DNA from: Octopus bimaculoides
Taxonomy: Eukaryota
Assembly: GCF_001194135.2 (NCBI RefSeq)
Contig: NC_068992.1
Span: 52,350,081-52,414,080 of the forward strand
Direction of reading: 5' to 3'
Length of the DNA stretch: 64,000 nt
Shown piece after piece: positions 38,896-52,550 of the stretch. Each line of letters opens with the position of its first letter. The stretch's first letter is position 1. The notes beneath the pieces are model-generated. The model was not told the origin of the DNA, ran no database searches, and saw only the letters and a program-made list of their open reading frames with translations. A program made the position numbers and the translations under genes.

Positions 38896-39837
38896 TTGCT
38901 TAAAGTTACATTGTCAACAAACTTAATGAATTTTACTGATTCTTCAAATGACCTGTGTAGAAATTTCGAAGGAATCTCTTCATAGTTGACTAAATGATGT
39001 TTGATAAATGCTTTAAGATGCTCTGAACATCTAATTTATCATGAGGACCAGCTATATGTCCTTAAGGTTTTGGAAACATTTGAATGTTCCACAGTTGGCA
39101 TCCCATCAAAAACCTTTTTTGGCTTGATTTCAAAAGCTTTTGTCTTATAAAGCATAGCATCAAATGCACCTTCAGATCTTTATAAACTGCTACCCAAAAT
39201 CCCCTTAAATGCAAACAGAAATCTCTAAAAATAATAATTTACAAATCTTCACAACATATAATTCTTCATAAAAAATATATCTCATAAAACAGACTAATTT
39301 CATTGAAGCCATCAACAAATTGTTTAAGGACAGAATCTCAACTAAAGCAACAGTGACAGGTTTGCTTTCATCTTTATGATGCACTTATTATCATCTTCAA
39401 TATTCTATATATCACTGAAATTTCTACTCATTAATACGTGCCTTGTACTGCATATTTTGTTTTTCTTTTCTGTAAAGCAAAATAATATATTCTAGAACTG
39501 TCTCTTTTCTTTCAATATACTCTCTACCGCTGAGTGATTTTTTTCCATGTTGGGAAATAAATTTACATATTCCAAAATGAGGAATCATCTGGAACAAACG
39601 ATATGACAATTGACAGCATTGTTATGTTGCTGATTTCATAAGAACTGTATTCTATTTTCTCGTTTGGCCCACTTTTATTGCAAAATCATCTATGAATCAT
39701 TTTGTAATGCTGTTTTATGGGAAAGACCAGCGTACCTGTATTTCAGTGCATAAACTACAGAAAGCTTTAACACCTGCCCAAATTTTCATGTCACAATACT
39801 TGATAAATTTCATTCTTCCTTTCATCTGCTGTTTTAG

Positions 39838-39879
39838 GTGATTTGCTGGTTAAACTGACATTCCGAAGAAGCTGGAAAG
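39838..39879 (+). CDS. Candidate 42-nt phase 1-1 exon (GDLLVKLTFRRSWK)
   Basis: Strong acceptor TTTCATTCTTCCTTTCATCTGCTGTTTTAG, donor AAG|GTAAAC, open in phase 1. Confidence 0.35.
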
Positions 39880-39919
39880 GTAAACTGAATTTTAAAATAA
39901 CTTGCTCTCCTCCTCCTCC

Positions 39920-40410
39920 TCCTACTACTACTGCTGCTACTTCTGCTGCTGCTGAGGCTACTACTACTACTACTACTACTACTACTAATACTACTACTAC
40001 TAATACTGCTGCTGCTGCTTCTGCTACTGCTGCTTCTGCTACTGCTGCTGTTGCTACTGCTGCTGCTGCTTCCTCTGCTGCTGCTACTACTACTACTACT
40101 TATCCACCTCCCACTCCTCTCCTATTCCTCCCATCCTCCATCTTCTCCTGCTCTCATCCTTCTTTCCCTCCTCCTCTCATCCTTATCCTCCTCCCCTATC
40201 TTTATCTTCCCGTTCTTATCCTTCTCCCATTCTACTCTTCTTCCTCCCATCCTTATCCTCCCCTTCCTCCCATTCTTATTCTCTTCCTCTCATCATTCTC
40301 CTCTTCCTCCTCCTTCCTCTCCTCATCACTGTCCTTGTCTTTGTCATCATTATCAACATCACCACCACCACCACCACCACCACCATCACCACCATCACCA
40401 TCATCATCAT
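39920..40410. repeat. Compound (CCT)(CTA)(CTG)n, pyrimidine-rich and (CAC)(CAT)n low-complexity block
   Basis: Directly visible; explains the 197-aa poly-T/A/P/S ORF. Confidence 0.9.
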
Positions 40411-41353
40411 CCACTTTTCTATGCTTCCATGGATGATACAAAATTCATTGAAGAAGGTTTTTCTGTAACCTGATGCCCTCTTTGTAACCAACCCTCAATT
40501 GTTTCCCAGCAGGGTAATATTACCTTTCGGTTCCCATGTACCAAATCCATTCATAAAGCATTGGTCAGCCTGGAACTTCAGTTAAAGATACTTGTCCAAG
40601 GTGCTTCACAGTGGATTTGAACTCAAAACCATGTATGTAGCTGAAAAGCAAACTTAATAAACAATATCATCCTTACAATACAATGAACTAATTTATAATA
40701 ACGGTAAAAGCTCATTTATGTACACTTAAAATAACTATTTAAAACAGCTAATTAATATGTCACCCATGTAAAGCACTCCTTAAACATCAACAGTTCTCAT
40801 TTACATAAATTTTAAAAGTAGCAGGTTTAGGTTAAGTCCAGACACTATAGTGATACAGAAAACTATGTATTAGTATCTCAACTATAATTAAGGTGAATAT
40901 ATTGTAAAAAATACTCCATAATTTAAAACAACAAAGTTCATTAAAACTTTATATTATTATAATTCATTGTGTATCAAACTGACTTCACAACAGCTGAAGT
41001 TGTTTACAACACTAATCAGAGATAAAACAAGGGAAGAAAATTTTAATTGTATTGGAAAATAATGTCAACATTTGTATGTGATGGCTATAGTCCTGGCTTC
41101 ATACAACTGTAAATAGTAATTAGAAAAATTCATGGTGATTAATAAATTAGACAAAAGGAAATTAAAAAGAAAATGGCATGAGGAAGCACTCCTACACAAG
41201 AGAAGAAAGAAGCAAATAGTGAAACAAAGAAAAAAGTTACAGAGAAAGTGGGATAGCAATAAAGAATGTGAAGAGAATGGTACAAAGATTACTAGAAAAG
41301 AGTATATGAGCATAAGGCGACAAATAGGAGAGAGCTGCATATATATATATACA

Positions 41354-41389
<36 letters not shown>

Positions 41390-41394
41390 ACTTT

Positions 41395-41960
41395 TAGGCA
41401 AAGGAGTGGCTGTGTGGTAAGTAGCTTGCTTACCAACCACATGGTTCCGGGTTCAGTCCCATTGCCTGACACTTTGGGCATGTGTCTTCTACTATAGCCT
41501 CGGGCTGCCCAAAGACTTGTCAGTGGATTTGGTAGACGGAAACTGAAAGAAGACCGTCGTATATATGTATATATATATATGTGTGAGTGTTTGTGTGTCT
41601 GTGTTTGTCCCCCCCCAACATCGCTTGACAATCGAGGCTNNNNNNNNNNNNNNNNNNNNNNNNNNNNNNNNNNNNNNNNNNNNNNNNNNNNNNNNNNNNN
41701 NNNNNNNNNNNNNNNNNNNNNNNNNNNNNNNNNNNNNNNNNNNNNNNNNNNNNNNNNNNNNNNNNNNNNNNNNNNNNNNNNNNNNNNNNNNNNNNNNNNN
41801 NNNNNNNNNNNNNNNNNNNNNNNNNNNNNNNNNNNNNNNNNNNNNNNNNNNNNNNNNNNNNNNNNNNNNNNNNNNNNNNNNNCTCGGGCTGCCCAAAGAC
41901 TTGTCAGTGGATTTGGTAGACGGAAACTGAAAGAAGACCGTCGTATATATGTATATATAT
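41395..41960 (+). mobile_element. SINE family A, 5' half, with N gap and duplicated flank
   Basis: Head at ~41397; ~41501-41580 is repeated at 41883-41962. Confidence 0.8.
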
Positions 41961-42149
41961 ATATTGCATAATATTGGATGAATGAGTAAGTAGTACTCAA
42001 TACTTATCATAAAAGATGTGACTTTTTATATTAAAACTGAAGATCTTAGCCTGAAGGCCACACTGGCATGAAATTTCAGATTGGAGTTGTGAGACAAACT
42101 TACAGTCTCAGTTTAATGCCATAATACAAACACACACACACACACACAC

Positions 42150-42838
42150 ACACCATCATTATCATCATCATCATCATCATCATTGTTGTCGTCGTCGTTT
42201 AACGACTGCTTTCCATGCTGGCATGGGTTGGACGTTTTGACTGAAGGCTGGCAAGCCAGAAGGCTACACCAGGCTCCAATCCGATCTGGCAAAGTTTCTA
42301 CAGCTGGATGTCCTTCTTAGTGCCAACCACTCCGAGAGTGTAGTGGGTGCATTTTACATGCCACTGGCATGAGGGCCACACAAGCAGTGCCGCCATCGAC
42401 CACACTTGAATGGTACTTTTTATGTGCCACTGGCACAGGAGCCAGTCAGGCAACACTGGCAATGACCATGCTTGAATGGTGCTTTTTGTGTGCCACCGGT
42501 GTGGGACCAATCAGCTGGCACGGGCATCGCCCATGCTCGAATGGTGTTTTTTTACATTCCACTACCATGGGTGCCAATCAGGCGGTACTGTCATCGGCCA
42601 TGACACCGACTTCATTTGCCCCCACAGGTCTTCACAAGCGTAATTTATTGCCCAATGACGGAAGGGTACTCTTAAATGGGCTGGTTATGCTGCACCTGCA
42701 TAGGCCACGGTTATGTTCTCACGTGGCTTTTCAGGTCTTCTCAAGCATACTATATCTCCAAAGGTCTCGGTCACTTGTCATCGCCTTGGTGAGGCCTAAA
42801 TTTTAAAGGTCATGCCTCTCCACCTCATCCCAGGTCTT
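42150..42838 (-). mobile_element. RTE-clade LINE 3' end including the ORF2 C-terminal remnant
   Basis: Minus 42838-42731 translates KTWDEVERHDL*NLGLTKAMTSDRDLWRYSMLEKT*, the RTE C-terminal pattern K.TW...V..DL..LGL...M..DR..WR; followed by the ~65-bp-unit UTR and (GAT)n tail. Confidence 0.8.
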
Positions 42839-42949
42839 TAAAGGTACACATGTCTGAGGAGTGCTCAGCCACTTAATTTCACGTTAATTTCATGAGCAGG
42901 CTGTTCCATTAATCAGTTCAACTGGAACACTCGTAATCACAACCGGCGG

Positions 42950-43370
<421 letters not shown>

Positions 43371-43919
43371 ATTTATCTGTCATAGAAAACATATTAGAAC
43401 AGGTGCATCAAAGAATATTTAATTACTTTTTATGTGTCTAGGCAGTTATGATTTTTATTTAAATGAGTTTCCTGCTGAGAGACAATTAAGCCTGTCTTTT
43501 GGCTGATGTAGTTCATTTTGTTGTGAGATTTTACATCTGCAGGAAACTTGTCATGTTCAATTTTTACCAAATTGTACAATTAGTAAAACTGACGATGATT
43601 CTTTTAAGCTTGTCTCTTGTACTTCCATAAATCTAAATAGAAAAGAAAAGAAAAACGAAATGCATTTACTTTGAACTTTGTAGATCAATTGCTAAAGGAA
43701 TAACTAAACAGACAGTAAAAAATGTAATATACACAGAAGACAACTTTGCTGTATTCCTTCGGCAGCATCTCTATGTTTGCTTTTATTTCTAGCGCTCTTC
43801 CTCTCCCTTTGCCTCATTCTAAATCTCCTCCTACTCTTCTCTTCCTTCTCCATCCTCTTCCTCCTCTTCTCTCCCTCTTCTCCTCATTGCCTTTCTCATC
43901 ATCATTATTGTAGCTTTTA

Positions 43920-44380
43920 TACACGGCGGTGAGCTGCCAGAATAGTTAGCATGCTGCACGAAATGCTTAGCAGTATTTCACCCATTGCTATGTTCTGAGT
44001 TCAAATTCCACTGAGGTCGACTTTGTCTTTCATCCTTTCGGGGTTGATAAATTAAGTACCAGTGAAACACTGGGGTTCGATGCAATTGACTAGACCCCAC
44101 CCCTAAATTTGGGGCTTTGTGTCTCCAGTAGAAAGGATTATTGCAGTTATTATAGTGTGATAAATTAGTCCCATCAGTAGAGCATAATACAAAATGCACG
44201 ACACTAATTCTTTATCGCCTTATGTTCTGAGTTCAAATCCACCCAAGATGAACAATGCCATTTCATCCTTTCAGGTCAGTAAGGTATCAGTAAAGCACTA
44301 GAGTCAATGGCATTGACCAGTACCTTCTCCTCAAAATTATTGTCTTTGTACCTAAATTATAAACAATTATACTGTGTAAT
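43920..44380 (+). mobile_element. Two copies of SINE family D (second decayed)
   Basis: GGCGGTGAGCTGCCAGAATAGTTAGC...TTCTGAGTTCAAATTCC...GTCGACTTTG.CTTTCATCCTTTCGGGG..GATAAATTAAGTACCAG. Confidence 0.75.
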
Positions 44381-44899
44381 AGAATTGTAATTATTTTTCT
44401 TTTGTCTTTGGTCTCTGTTATTTCCTATTTGCTTCTATCTAGAAAACAAAGGAAATGACAACTATTCTCGTCAAACTTTGCTTTGAGACCTGGACATCAA
44501 TGTTTTGAAATTGACATATTTTTCCATTACATTTCAAATAGATTCAATGCTGAGTTGCTAAAGCAGAAATATTGTTATAACAAATATTTATCTCAGTATT
44601 ACAGATATGCTTGTCAGTTGCTTGCTCTGAATCACTTGAGAATGTCCCTCAGTGGCTGACATTATGTGCATCTCTTATCATGAGTGGGAGTAGTGAGAGA
44701 GCATCATGGCCATATGTTGAGAGGAATTCTTTGTAGTTTGAATAAATGTAACAAAAGGTAAATTTGAAGGAAATATTAGCCCTTTTTAATACTTTCTCGG
44801 GGTAAACAAATAGGAAATAACAGTTGCTACCCAAGGACAAAAATCATGTTACACAGACAAAATGCAGGGCAGTATTTTACTTGGCACTTTATGTTCTTG

Positions 44900-45180
44900 T
44901 ACAGGTGTGTGGCCTTGTGTTTTGGGGTGTTATATTCACAATCATAAAATTGTGGTTTCAATTCCTGGACTTGTGTTCTTGGACTTATGTTCTTGGCTAA
45001 ACATTTATTTTATGTTGCTCCAATCCACTCAGATGTAAGTGCATTCTAGCAATAGGAAGGAAGTTAACCCTGCAACAAACCAGTATCCTGTTCAGAAAGA
45101 ACTGTTTGAACATCAGTCACTTTTAAGCTAGAGAAACTGGGTTAATATTGTCCTCATAAGTCATAGCACTTGGGAAAGAC
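44900..45180 (+). mobile_element. SINE family E, decayed
   Basis: GTGGTTTCAATTCCTGGA...TTTATGTTGCTCCA.TCCACTCAG...CCCTGCAACAAAC. Confidence 0.55.
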
Positions 45181-45460
45181 CTTAGCTAAGTTTTGTGTTC
45201 TGATTTTAAATCACCCCAAAGTCAGCTTATGGATTTTCCCCTCTGGGGTAATAAAATAAATTACCAGATGAGGATTCACTTTGATATAATTGACTAATAC
45301 CTACTTCAAAATATCTGGCTTTGTGCTTTTATTTCACACTTTACATTCTGATTTCAAATCCTGCTGAGGAAAAATTTGCCCTTCAATCCCCCGGAGTCAA
45401 TAAAATACAGTACTGTAAAGTGCAACCATTATAGACCTGTCTTCTGTACTTTTAAAATAG

Positions 45461-45617
45461 AAATCTCAATCAAAACACTGGTTGAAATTGCTAGACATAA
45501 CTTTGACACTGCATTTATATCTCAGCACATGGGTCAAAGAATTACAAGAGTGATGATAAGAGATATTGGAAATAATCTAGGTTTATGGTTAACTGCCACT
45601 TTTAAAATGCACTGTAG
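45461..45617 (+). CDS. Candidate 157-nt exon, phase 1 to 2 (EISIKTLVEIARHNFDTAFISQHMGQRITRVMIRDIGNNLGLWLTATFKMHC)
   Basis: Acceptor CTTCTGTACTTTTAAAATAG, strong donor TAG|GTGAGT, 51 open codons; product not recognised. Confidence 0.35.
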
Positions 45618-45923
45618 GTGAGTGGTTAAAGTAGAGCTAATGGTTGACAATGTGCAAACAGACAGTTTCAAAATGAATTTACAAATCCTGAAAACCCCTG
45701 AAGGCCACAAAGCTACATTGGAACTACACCCACTTTCAGGTTAATTTGCACTATGTGAAAACCCTCACAGATTCTTTCAAAAATACCTTCTTCCAGTTCA
45801 AGAAATAGACAGTGATTAGGATCCAGAGGGAGATGTTTTATCAATTCTTAGGTGCCAGGTTCTCAAACATGTATGAATGGGATACCTTATTTGTTTTTAT
45901 GCATAATAATCATTTATGATATC

Positions 45924-45954
<31 letters not shown>

Positions 45955-46131
45955 ATATATTTATTTTGTCTAAATTTCCAGTTTTTTAATTATCTTTTTT
46001 TTTTATACTTCTTATTTCCACTTGTACGCCTTCATATGCCTTGTAGCCTGTTTCATAGTATGTTCTGTATGAATGAATGTACCCTTGTAGCAAATAATAA
46101 CAAAAGACAATGATGAGGATGATGATGAATG

Positions 46132-46215
<84 letters not shown>

Positions 46216-46671
46216 CACAATTAACCCTTCAATGACTAGTTATTAGCCACTTTGCTATAAGTGTCCAATCATTCTATATTATCCTCAACCTGTTTTTCAT
46301 TTGATGTGTTTCTTATTTTCATTCAATCCCCAACCACATCAAGAAAAAGACATATACACACACATGCACGCACATGTATGTGTGTGTGTGTGTGTGTGTT
46401 TGCATGCATGCATGTATAGTTTCTTTTGATAACTTTTAACTCTTCAAGGCATATGTTTTGGTGTTAGTTTTGATAATTTTTCTATGGAGTCAGTCTTCAT
46501 AACGCATCTCTTTGAAATGAACATTTTAAAAAATAATTTACCACACTACCAATTTACATCTGTTTCCATGCAATTACACTCTTGAAGAATTCCTACATAT
46601 CACCACATTTCTTTCTTTCATCCTTTCAACCATTATTGCTACATTTGCTCTCAGCCAGAATCATGACTACT

Positions 46672-46713
<42 letters not shown>

Positions 46714-47364
46714 TTTCTCTCCCTCTTTTCCCCCTTTCTCTCCCTTTGTCTTTCCCACTCTTTCTCAGATTCTCCCACCCTCCCTCTCTTTTGTTTTTCA
46801 CATCCTTTCAAGCTTCCCAACTTACACAAATAGTCAATAATTTATTTTCATGCTCTGTGGCTATATTCTTACCAGTTATTCATTATTTTGCTCTTTATGT
46901 ATTCTCTGGTAGCTTTAGTCAGCTTGATATCTGCTTTTTTATTTTTATTTTTTTATTTTTTTACCTTTGATTTAGAATCTCCTTTAAAGAAAGTTCAAGC
47001 ATCAAGACATCCCATTCTTAACAATGTACAGTGGTTTACTGCATGACACAAGTAACCCTGTTAAAAGAATGCTAAACTAAAGACCAAACTGTCTGCTGTT
47101 CGCATCCCATCTTTATCATTGTGTAATACCAAAGACTAAGATGTTTAACTCCTAAATGGCCCAGAACACTTGAATGTAATTAAAGACTTTGTGCAAAAGC
47201 TTAGCAGAAGTGTGATAACAGATGGTTAAAACAGTTCCTGCATGGAAGAACAGAATTCTCTCTGGCCTATAATGCCTGTTAATTATTGTGTGATGCCAAA
47301 AATGTCTTTGATTCTTGTGTGCTGTGAAGCAGCACTTACCATGATTCTGACATGTTAGTAGAGC

Positions 47365-47930
47365 TTCTTTTATCTTTTATCTTTTCCATGTTTCAGTCAT
47401 TTAACTGTGGCCAGGCTGGGGCTCCACCTTGAAGAATTTTTAGTTGTATGAATTGACTGCAGTACTTTTTCGTTCGTTGCCTTCTAGCACTTGTGCTGGT
47501 GGCACATTAGAAAATCATTTGAGCAAGGTCGTTGCCAGTGCCGCTGGATTGGCTCCCCTGCAGGTGGCACATAAAAAACACCTTTTTGAGCATGGCCGTT
47601 GCCAGTACCGTGTGACTGGCCCTCATGCCGGTGGCACGTAAAAGCACCCACTACACTCTTGGAGTGGTTGGCATTAGGAAGGGCATCCAGCTGTAGAAAC
47701 TCTGCCAGATCAGATTGGAGCCTGGTGTAGCCATCTGGTTTGCCAGTCCTCAGTCAAATCGTCCAACCCATGCTAGCATGGAAAGCGGACGTTAAACGGT
47801 GATGATGATGATGATTCATTCTATTGATCTCTTTTGCTAAACTCCTAGGTTACAGGGATGTAAACACACCAACACCAGTTATCAAGTGGTGGTGAGAGAC
47901 AAACACAGACACAACCACACATACACACAC
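47365..47930 (-). mobile_element. SINE family A 3' half split by an RTE insertion
   Basis: 47365-47465 and 47815-47930 join into the family A 3' half. Confidence 0.7.
47470..47815 (+). mobile_element. 5'-truncated RTE LINE 3' end
   Basis: High identity to the distal part of 4790-5495; GAT tail. Confidence 0.85.
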
Positions 47931-49139
47931 ACNNNNNNNNNNTGGTGGTGGTGGCGGTGGTGGCGGTGGTGGTGGTGGCAGTGGTGGTGGTGGTAATAGC
48001 TGCAGTGCTTACCTTCCTGGCGTGCACCAGGGAGCTGCAATCAAGACTAAATAATGGTCTTGAGTTAAAACAAAAATGGAAATTAGAAGCTGATAAAAAT
48101 CATGCTCAGGTGTTAGAAAAATTACTTTCAGCTTCTAAAAGGCAACCAACAAGGTAGAACAAGGAAACTACTTTATTGTATTTTATGAAAGATTGCCATT
48201 TTGTTGTAAATATAATTGTAGTTTAATTTTAATTAGAATATTCAGTCTCATTTGAAACTCAGCTTATTCAAGGAAATGAAAACTTGTTTTCATCTCCTGA
48301 GAAGCAACTAGAATGTAATGAAGACTATTTTGTCATGTTCCACGAAAGAACAACCATTTGTTCGAAATGCTAATCTAGTTTCATTTTAATTGGAATGGCA
48401 TAATCAGATATTTCATATCTTGTTCAACATTAAAATAATATATTACCCAACATGATAAATTGTTATTTTTTTTTTTCAGAAAAGATGCTGTGTAAAAGAA
48501 ACAACTGATTTATTTTTTTTATATAAATTAGAAAAACATAAGCAGAATTTTTTAGAAAAATACTGGCTAGACTCAAAAAAAAAAGGTGGGGAAAAAATTC
48601 TTTGTTGGTTTCACATGTTTTCTGGAACACATTTCCACATCATGATCATTATAATCATGGTAAGAATTCACTTTTTGGACATTGGTTGGCAAGGGCTAAA
48701 GTAGAAACCACTTACCCAAGAAACCATGTATTAGCATTGAACCTGAAACTCCATGGTTGTAAAAAAACGTCTTGACCACACACCCATGGCTGCACCTGTT
48801 GTTATTGTTACATAATCCCAGCTCTGGTCATTCCATCTTGTTTTTTTTTTGTTTTTTTAATCTAATGCATCTAGAACAAATTATCCATTGTAACTTGCTT
48901 TATTTCAAGATGACAGTGTGTGTGATTCAAGGATTATTTAACTGATATTTCTCAAAGGTCAGGTGATTATATTGAGGTGCCACGTTTAGCTTGTATTTCA
49001 TCTAATGTTAAGTTGAGGTGAGATATATCACACTCTGGACATCTGGAAAGAATAGTGATTCCATCAAATTCCATCATAGATGAAATCTTTTTTAGATTTC
49101 GGTACTGAATCTTTGAATAAGTGAGGTAAGTAAATGAGA

Positions 49140-49410
49140 ATAAATACATTATTTACATTTCACGGATATTTGTCCTCATCTTGTTTGTTGTTAACACAAT
49201 GTTTCGGCTGATATACCCTCCAGCCTTCATCAGGTGTCTTGGGGAAATTTCCAACCTGGGTTCTCATTTCTAAGGTATTTTTCGATGTTGTTATTATTAT
49301 TATTATTATTATTATTTTTATTATCATTATTATTCAGGTCACTGCCTGGAATCGAACTCGGAATCTTGGACTTACTAGCCCATGCTCTTAACCACTACGC
49401 CATAAATGCT
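49140..49410 (-). mobile_element. tRNA-headed SINE (family F) with a Penelope-like, hammerhead-bearing 3' part
   Basis: Minus strand: GCATTTATGGCGTAGTGGTTAAGAGC (A box) ... GAGTTCGATTCC (B box), then (AAT)n, then CCTGATGAAGGCTGGAGGGTATATCAGCCGAAAC and an A-rich tail. Confidence 0.65.
49193..49238 (-). ncRNA. Minimal type I hammerhead-like motif
   Basis: Stem I GACAC/GUGUU; CUGAUGA plus extra A; stem II GGCUG/CAGCC with a 10-nt loop; GAAA-CA-UU (ACGU palindrome altered by one CpG-type change). Confidence 0.55.
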
Positions 49411-49549
49411 TTGAGATACTTTGACAAAGTAAAATATACATAAAAAAAGAACAAATGAAATAAATTTCACTCTCAGCCTTGACATGTATATGTCCAGTGT
49501 TTTACTCAGTCAGATTACAAGTATAGAATACAGATTACAAGTAAGAGAA

Positions 49550-49621
49550 AGAGAGAGGCAGAGAGGGACAGAAAGAGAGAGGCAGAGAGGGACAGAAAGA
49601 GAGAGGCAGAGAGGGACAGAA
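49550..49621. repeat. 24-bp tandem repeat x3 (AGAGAGAGGCAGAGAGGGACAGAA)
   Basis: Three exact copies visible. Confidence 0.9.
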
Positions 49622-50196
49622 AGAGAGAGAGGGGTAGCTTTGGTAGGAGTTTAATTCATTTTCAGGAGTGTTCATTTGCTATTGGTTCCTACCAGGTNNN
49701 NNNNNNNNNNNNNNNNNNNNNNNNNNNNNNNNNNNNNNNNNNNNNNNNNNNNNNNNNNNNNNNNNNNNNNNNNNNNNNNNNNNNNNNNNNNNNNNNNNNN
49801 NNNNNNNNNNNNNNNNNNNNNNNNNNNNNNNNNNNNNNNNNNNNNNNNNNNNNNNNNNNNNNNNNNNNNNNNNNNNNNNNNNNNNNNNNNNNNNNNNNNN
49901 NNNNNNNNNNNNNNNNNNNNNNNNNNNNNNNNNNNNNNNNNNNNNNNNNNNNNNNNNNNNNNNNNNNNNNNNNNNNNNNNNNNNNNNNNNNNNNNNNNNN
50001 NNNNNNNNNNNNNNNNNNNNNNNNNNNNNNNNNNNNNNNNNNNNNNNNNNNNNNNNNNNNNNNNNNNNNNNNNNNNNNNNNNNNNNNNNNNNNNNNNNNN
50101 NNNNNNNNNNNNNNNNNNNNNNNNNNNNNNNNNNNNNNNNNNNNNNNNNNNNNNNNNNNNNNNNNNNNNNNNNNNNNNNNNNNNNNNNNNNNNNNN

Positions 50197-50507
50197 GTTG
50201 TGAGTGTTTATTGAGCAAAAACACCTAAAGCTCCACGAGGCTCCGGCAGGGGATGGTGGTGAACCCTGCTGTACTCTTTCACCACAACTCTCTCTCACTC
50301 TTACTTCCTGTTTCTGTTGTGCCTGTAATTCAAAGGGTCAGCCTTGTCACACTGTGTCATGCTGAATATCCCCGAGAACTACATTAAGGGTACACGTGTC
50401 TATGGAGTGCTCAGCCACTTGCACGTTAATTTCACGAGCAGGCTGTTCCGTTGATCGGATCAACTGGAACCTTCGACATCGTAAGCGGCGGAGTGCCAAC
50501 AACAACA
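50197..50507 (+). mobile_element. SINE family C, head lost in the N gap, (CAA)n tail
   Basis: Reverse complement of 31278-31590. Confidence 0.85.
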
Positions 50508-51959
50508 CACCAAACACCAACTCTTATCATTATCTCATTATCCACTCTTAGACTATAGCAAGTCGGAATTTCATGGAATCTACAGCGAAAACCCAAACAC
50601 CAGTGGTCAAGTTTCGAGAAGCAAAATGGCAATATCCAGCAAGGTTGCAGTGATATTGTGAATTATGTAGATCACACTGGTTTTCCTGCTGCATCCTTCT
50701 TATATCTTTAGCCATCCAATCTTGCCACAGTTCCCAGAAATCAGGTATTAGAGAACAAAGCTAGTCATCTGACACAGTCTTCTCCCTATAATCTAAGCTC
50801 AGTACAATAAGAGTTTGAACTTCTTGGAAACTCAGGTAGATGACAGAAGTCTCTTAGATTCATGGATGTGATATTACATGTATATGACTATGAAATACCA
50901 CCAATTCCATAGTTTTCTCAGCTGAAAGAGCAAATGTAAGGTTTAGTAATGATAGGTACTATTGTAATTCTGTTGTTAATTAGATGTTTATGCCTCTCAG
51001 TTCGTTACTTTATCAGTGACTTGGAGATGGAATTGTGGTCATCTTTATAAAGGAAGAACAAGATTCAATCAGCTATTCAATAAGTACACAATGATGATAA
51101 AATTTAAACTTGATTATTTTCTTTCTCGTGTAACAATGTTGCAACTTATTCAGGTTGAACAAAATGAAGCAAACAAAATAATTGCAGAAAGGAGAAACTT
51201 CAATGAAGAAATAACATTATCAAAATAAAAAGAAAAGAATTTGTGAGGGAAAATTAATGCAATGTTGAGAGCTTTCAGTTAAAATAGAAAGAAATGTGCA
51301 AGAAAAATTGAGAATGATATGTTAACAGAAGAGACAAAAGCTAAGTTTGCTAAAACAGAATTAAGTCAATACAATAGATTTAAAATCCTGATTAATTCTC
51401 AAAACAAACAAATAGAGGATTCAATACAAATGTGAACTTTATATATTGTGAATTATATAGTACCATGGATAGAAATTCACAATGAACTTTGGCAAGAAAA
51501 ATACTCTTATATATAGTTTGTTTTTTCTTGAATTATTTATTTCACTTTTAAAAATAAATTCAAGGAAAGAAGAAGATATAATAGAGTATTGTTTTTTTTA
51601 TTAAATTAATTCAAACTTAATTTTCAGCTTGAAATATAATTCTATATATTTCTTTTATTTTCATTTATCATTTTAGAAGCAGAATATTCTTTTTCATTCT
51701 GTTTAGATTTTTTTTTTCTTCTGCTGAAATATAAACAAGAATGTTTAGATGGCAACGAAGTTAATCCATGTAAAAGTGTTGAAAAATAAAAAAAAAAGTA
51801 AGAAATAAATCAATTAAAATGTAAGTTACCATCAAGATAATCTAAATAAAATAATTCCAGTTTAAATTGGGAACATTATTATTGTTGTTGTTGGTGCTCT
51901 TCTTCTTCTTCCTCTTCACCTCCTCCTCCTCCTCATTATTATGATTATTATTGATATTA

Positions 51960-52286
51960 TTAGGGTGGCTAGCTAGCAGAATTGTTAGCATGCCAAGGGA
52001 AATGCTTAGCACTATTTCATCTGTCTGCACATTCTGAGTTCAAATGCTGCCAAAGTCGACTTTCCTTTTCGTCCTTTTGGGGTCAATAAACTAAGTACCA
52101 GTTTTAGTACTGGGGTCGACATAATTGACCATCCTCCACCCCAAAATTTCAGGCCTTGTGCCTATAGTAGAAAGAATTGTTATAATAATAATAATGATGA
52201 TAATAATAATAATAATAATTATTGTTATTGTTATTATTATTATAATTATTATTATTATTATTATAATTATTATTATTATTATTATT

Positions 52287-52324
<38 letters not shown>

Positions 52325-52550
52325 TATTAAGGTAGTGAGATGGCAGAATTGTTAGCACACCAGGCAAAATGATTAGTGTCATTTTGTTTGTCTTAACATT
52401 CTGTGTTCAAATTTCACTGAAGTTGATTTTGCCTTTCATCCTTTCAGAATCGATAAAATAAATACATGTTGAGCACTGGGGTCGATGTAATTGAATAGTC
52501 TCCTTCTCCAAAATTTGAAGCATTGTACCTTTAGTAGAAAGGTTTATTAT
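51960..52550 (+). mobile_element. Two tandem copies of SINE family D separated by (AAT)/(ATT)/(CAT) microsatellite
   Basis: Heads at ~51961 and ~52330; both have the GTCGAC/GTTGAT-TTT.CCTTT..TCCTTT core. Confidence 0.7.

Noticed and set aside
41132-41497. Lys/Arg-rich 121-aa ORF
   Set aside because: Purine-rich low-complexity strand running into microsatellite and a SINE head.
49096-49125. 30-nt segment with GAG|GTAAGT donor
   Set aside because: Stops in phase 1 and phase 2; no support for fitting it to the candidate chain.
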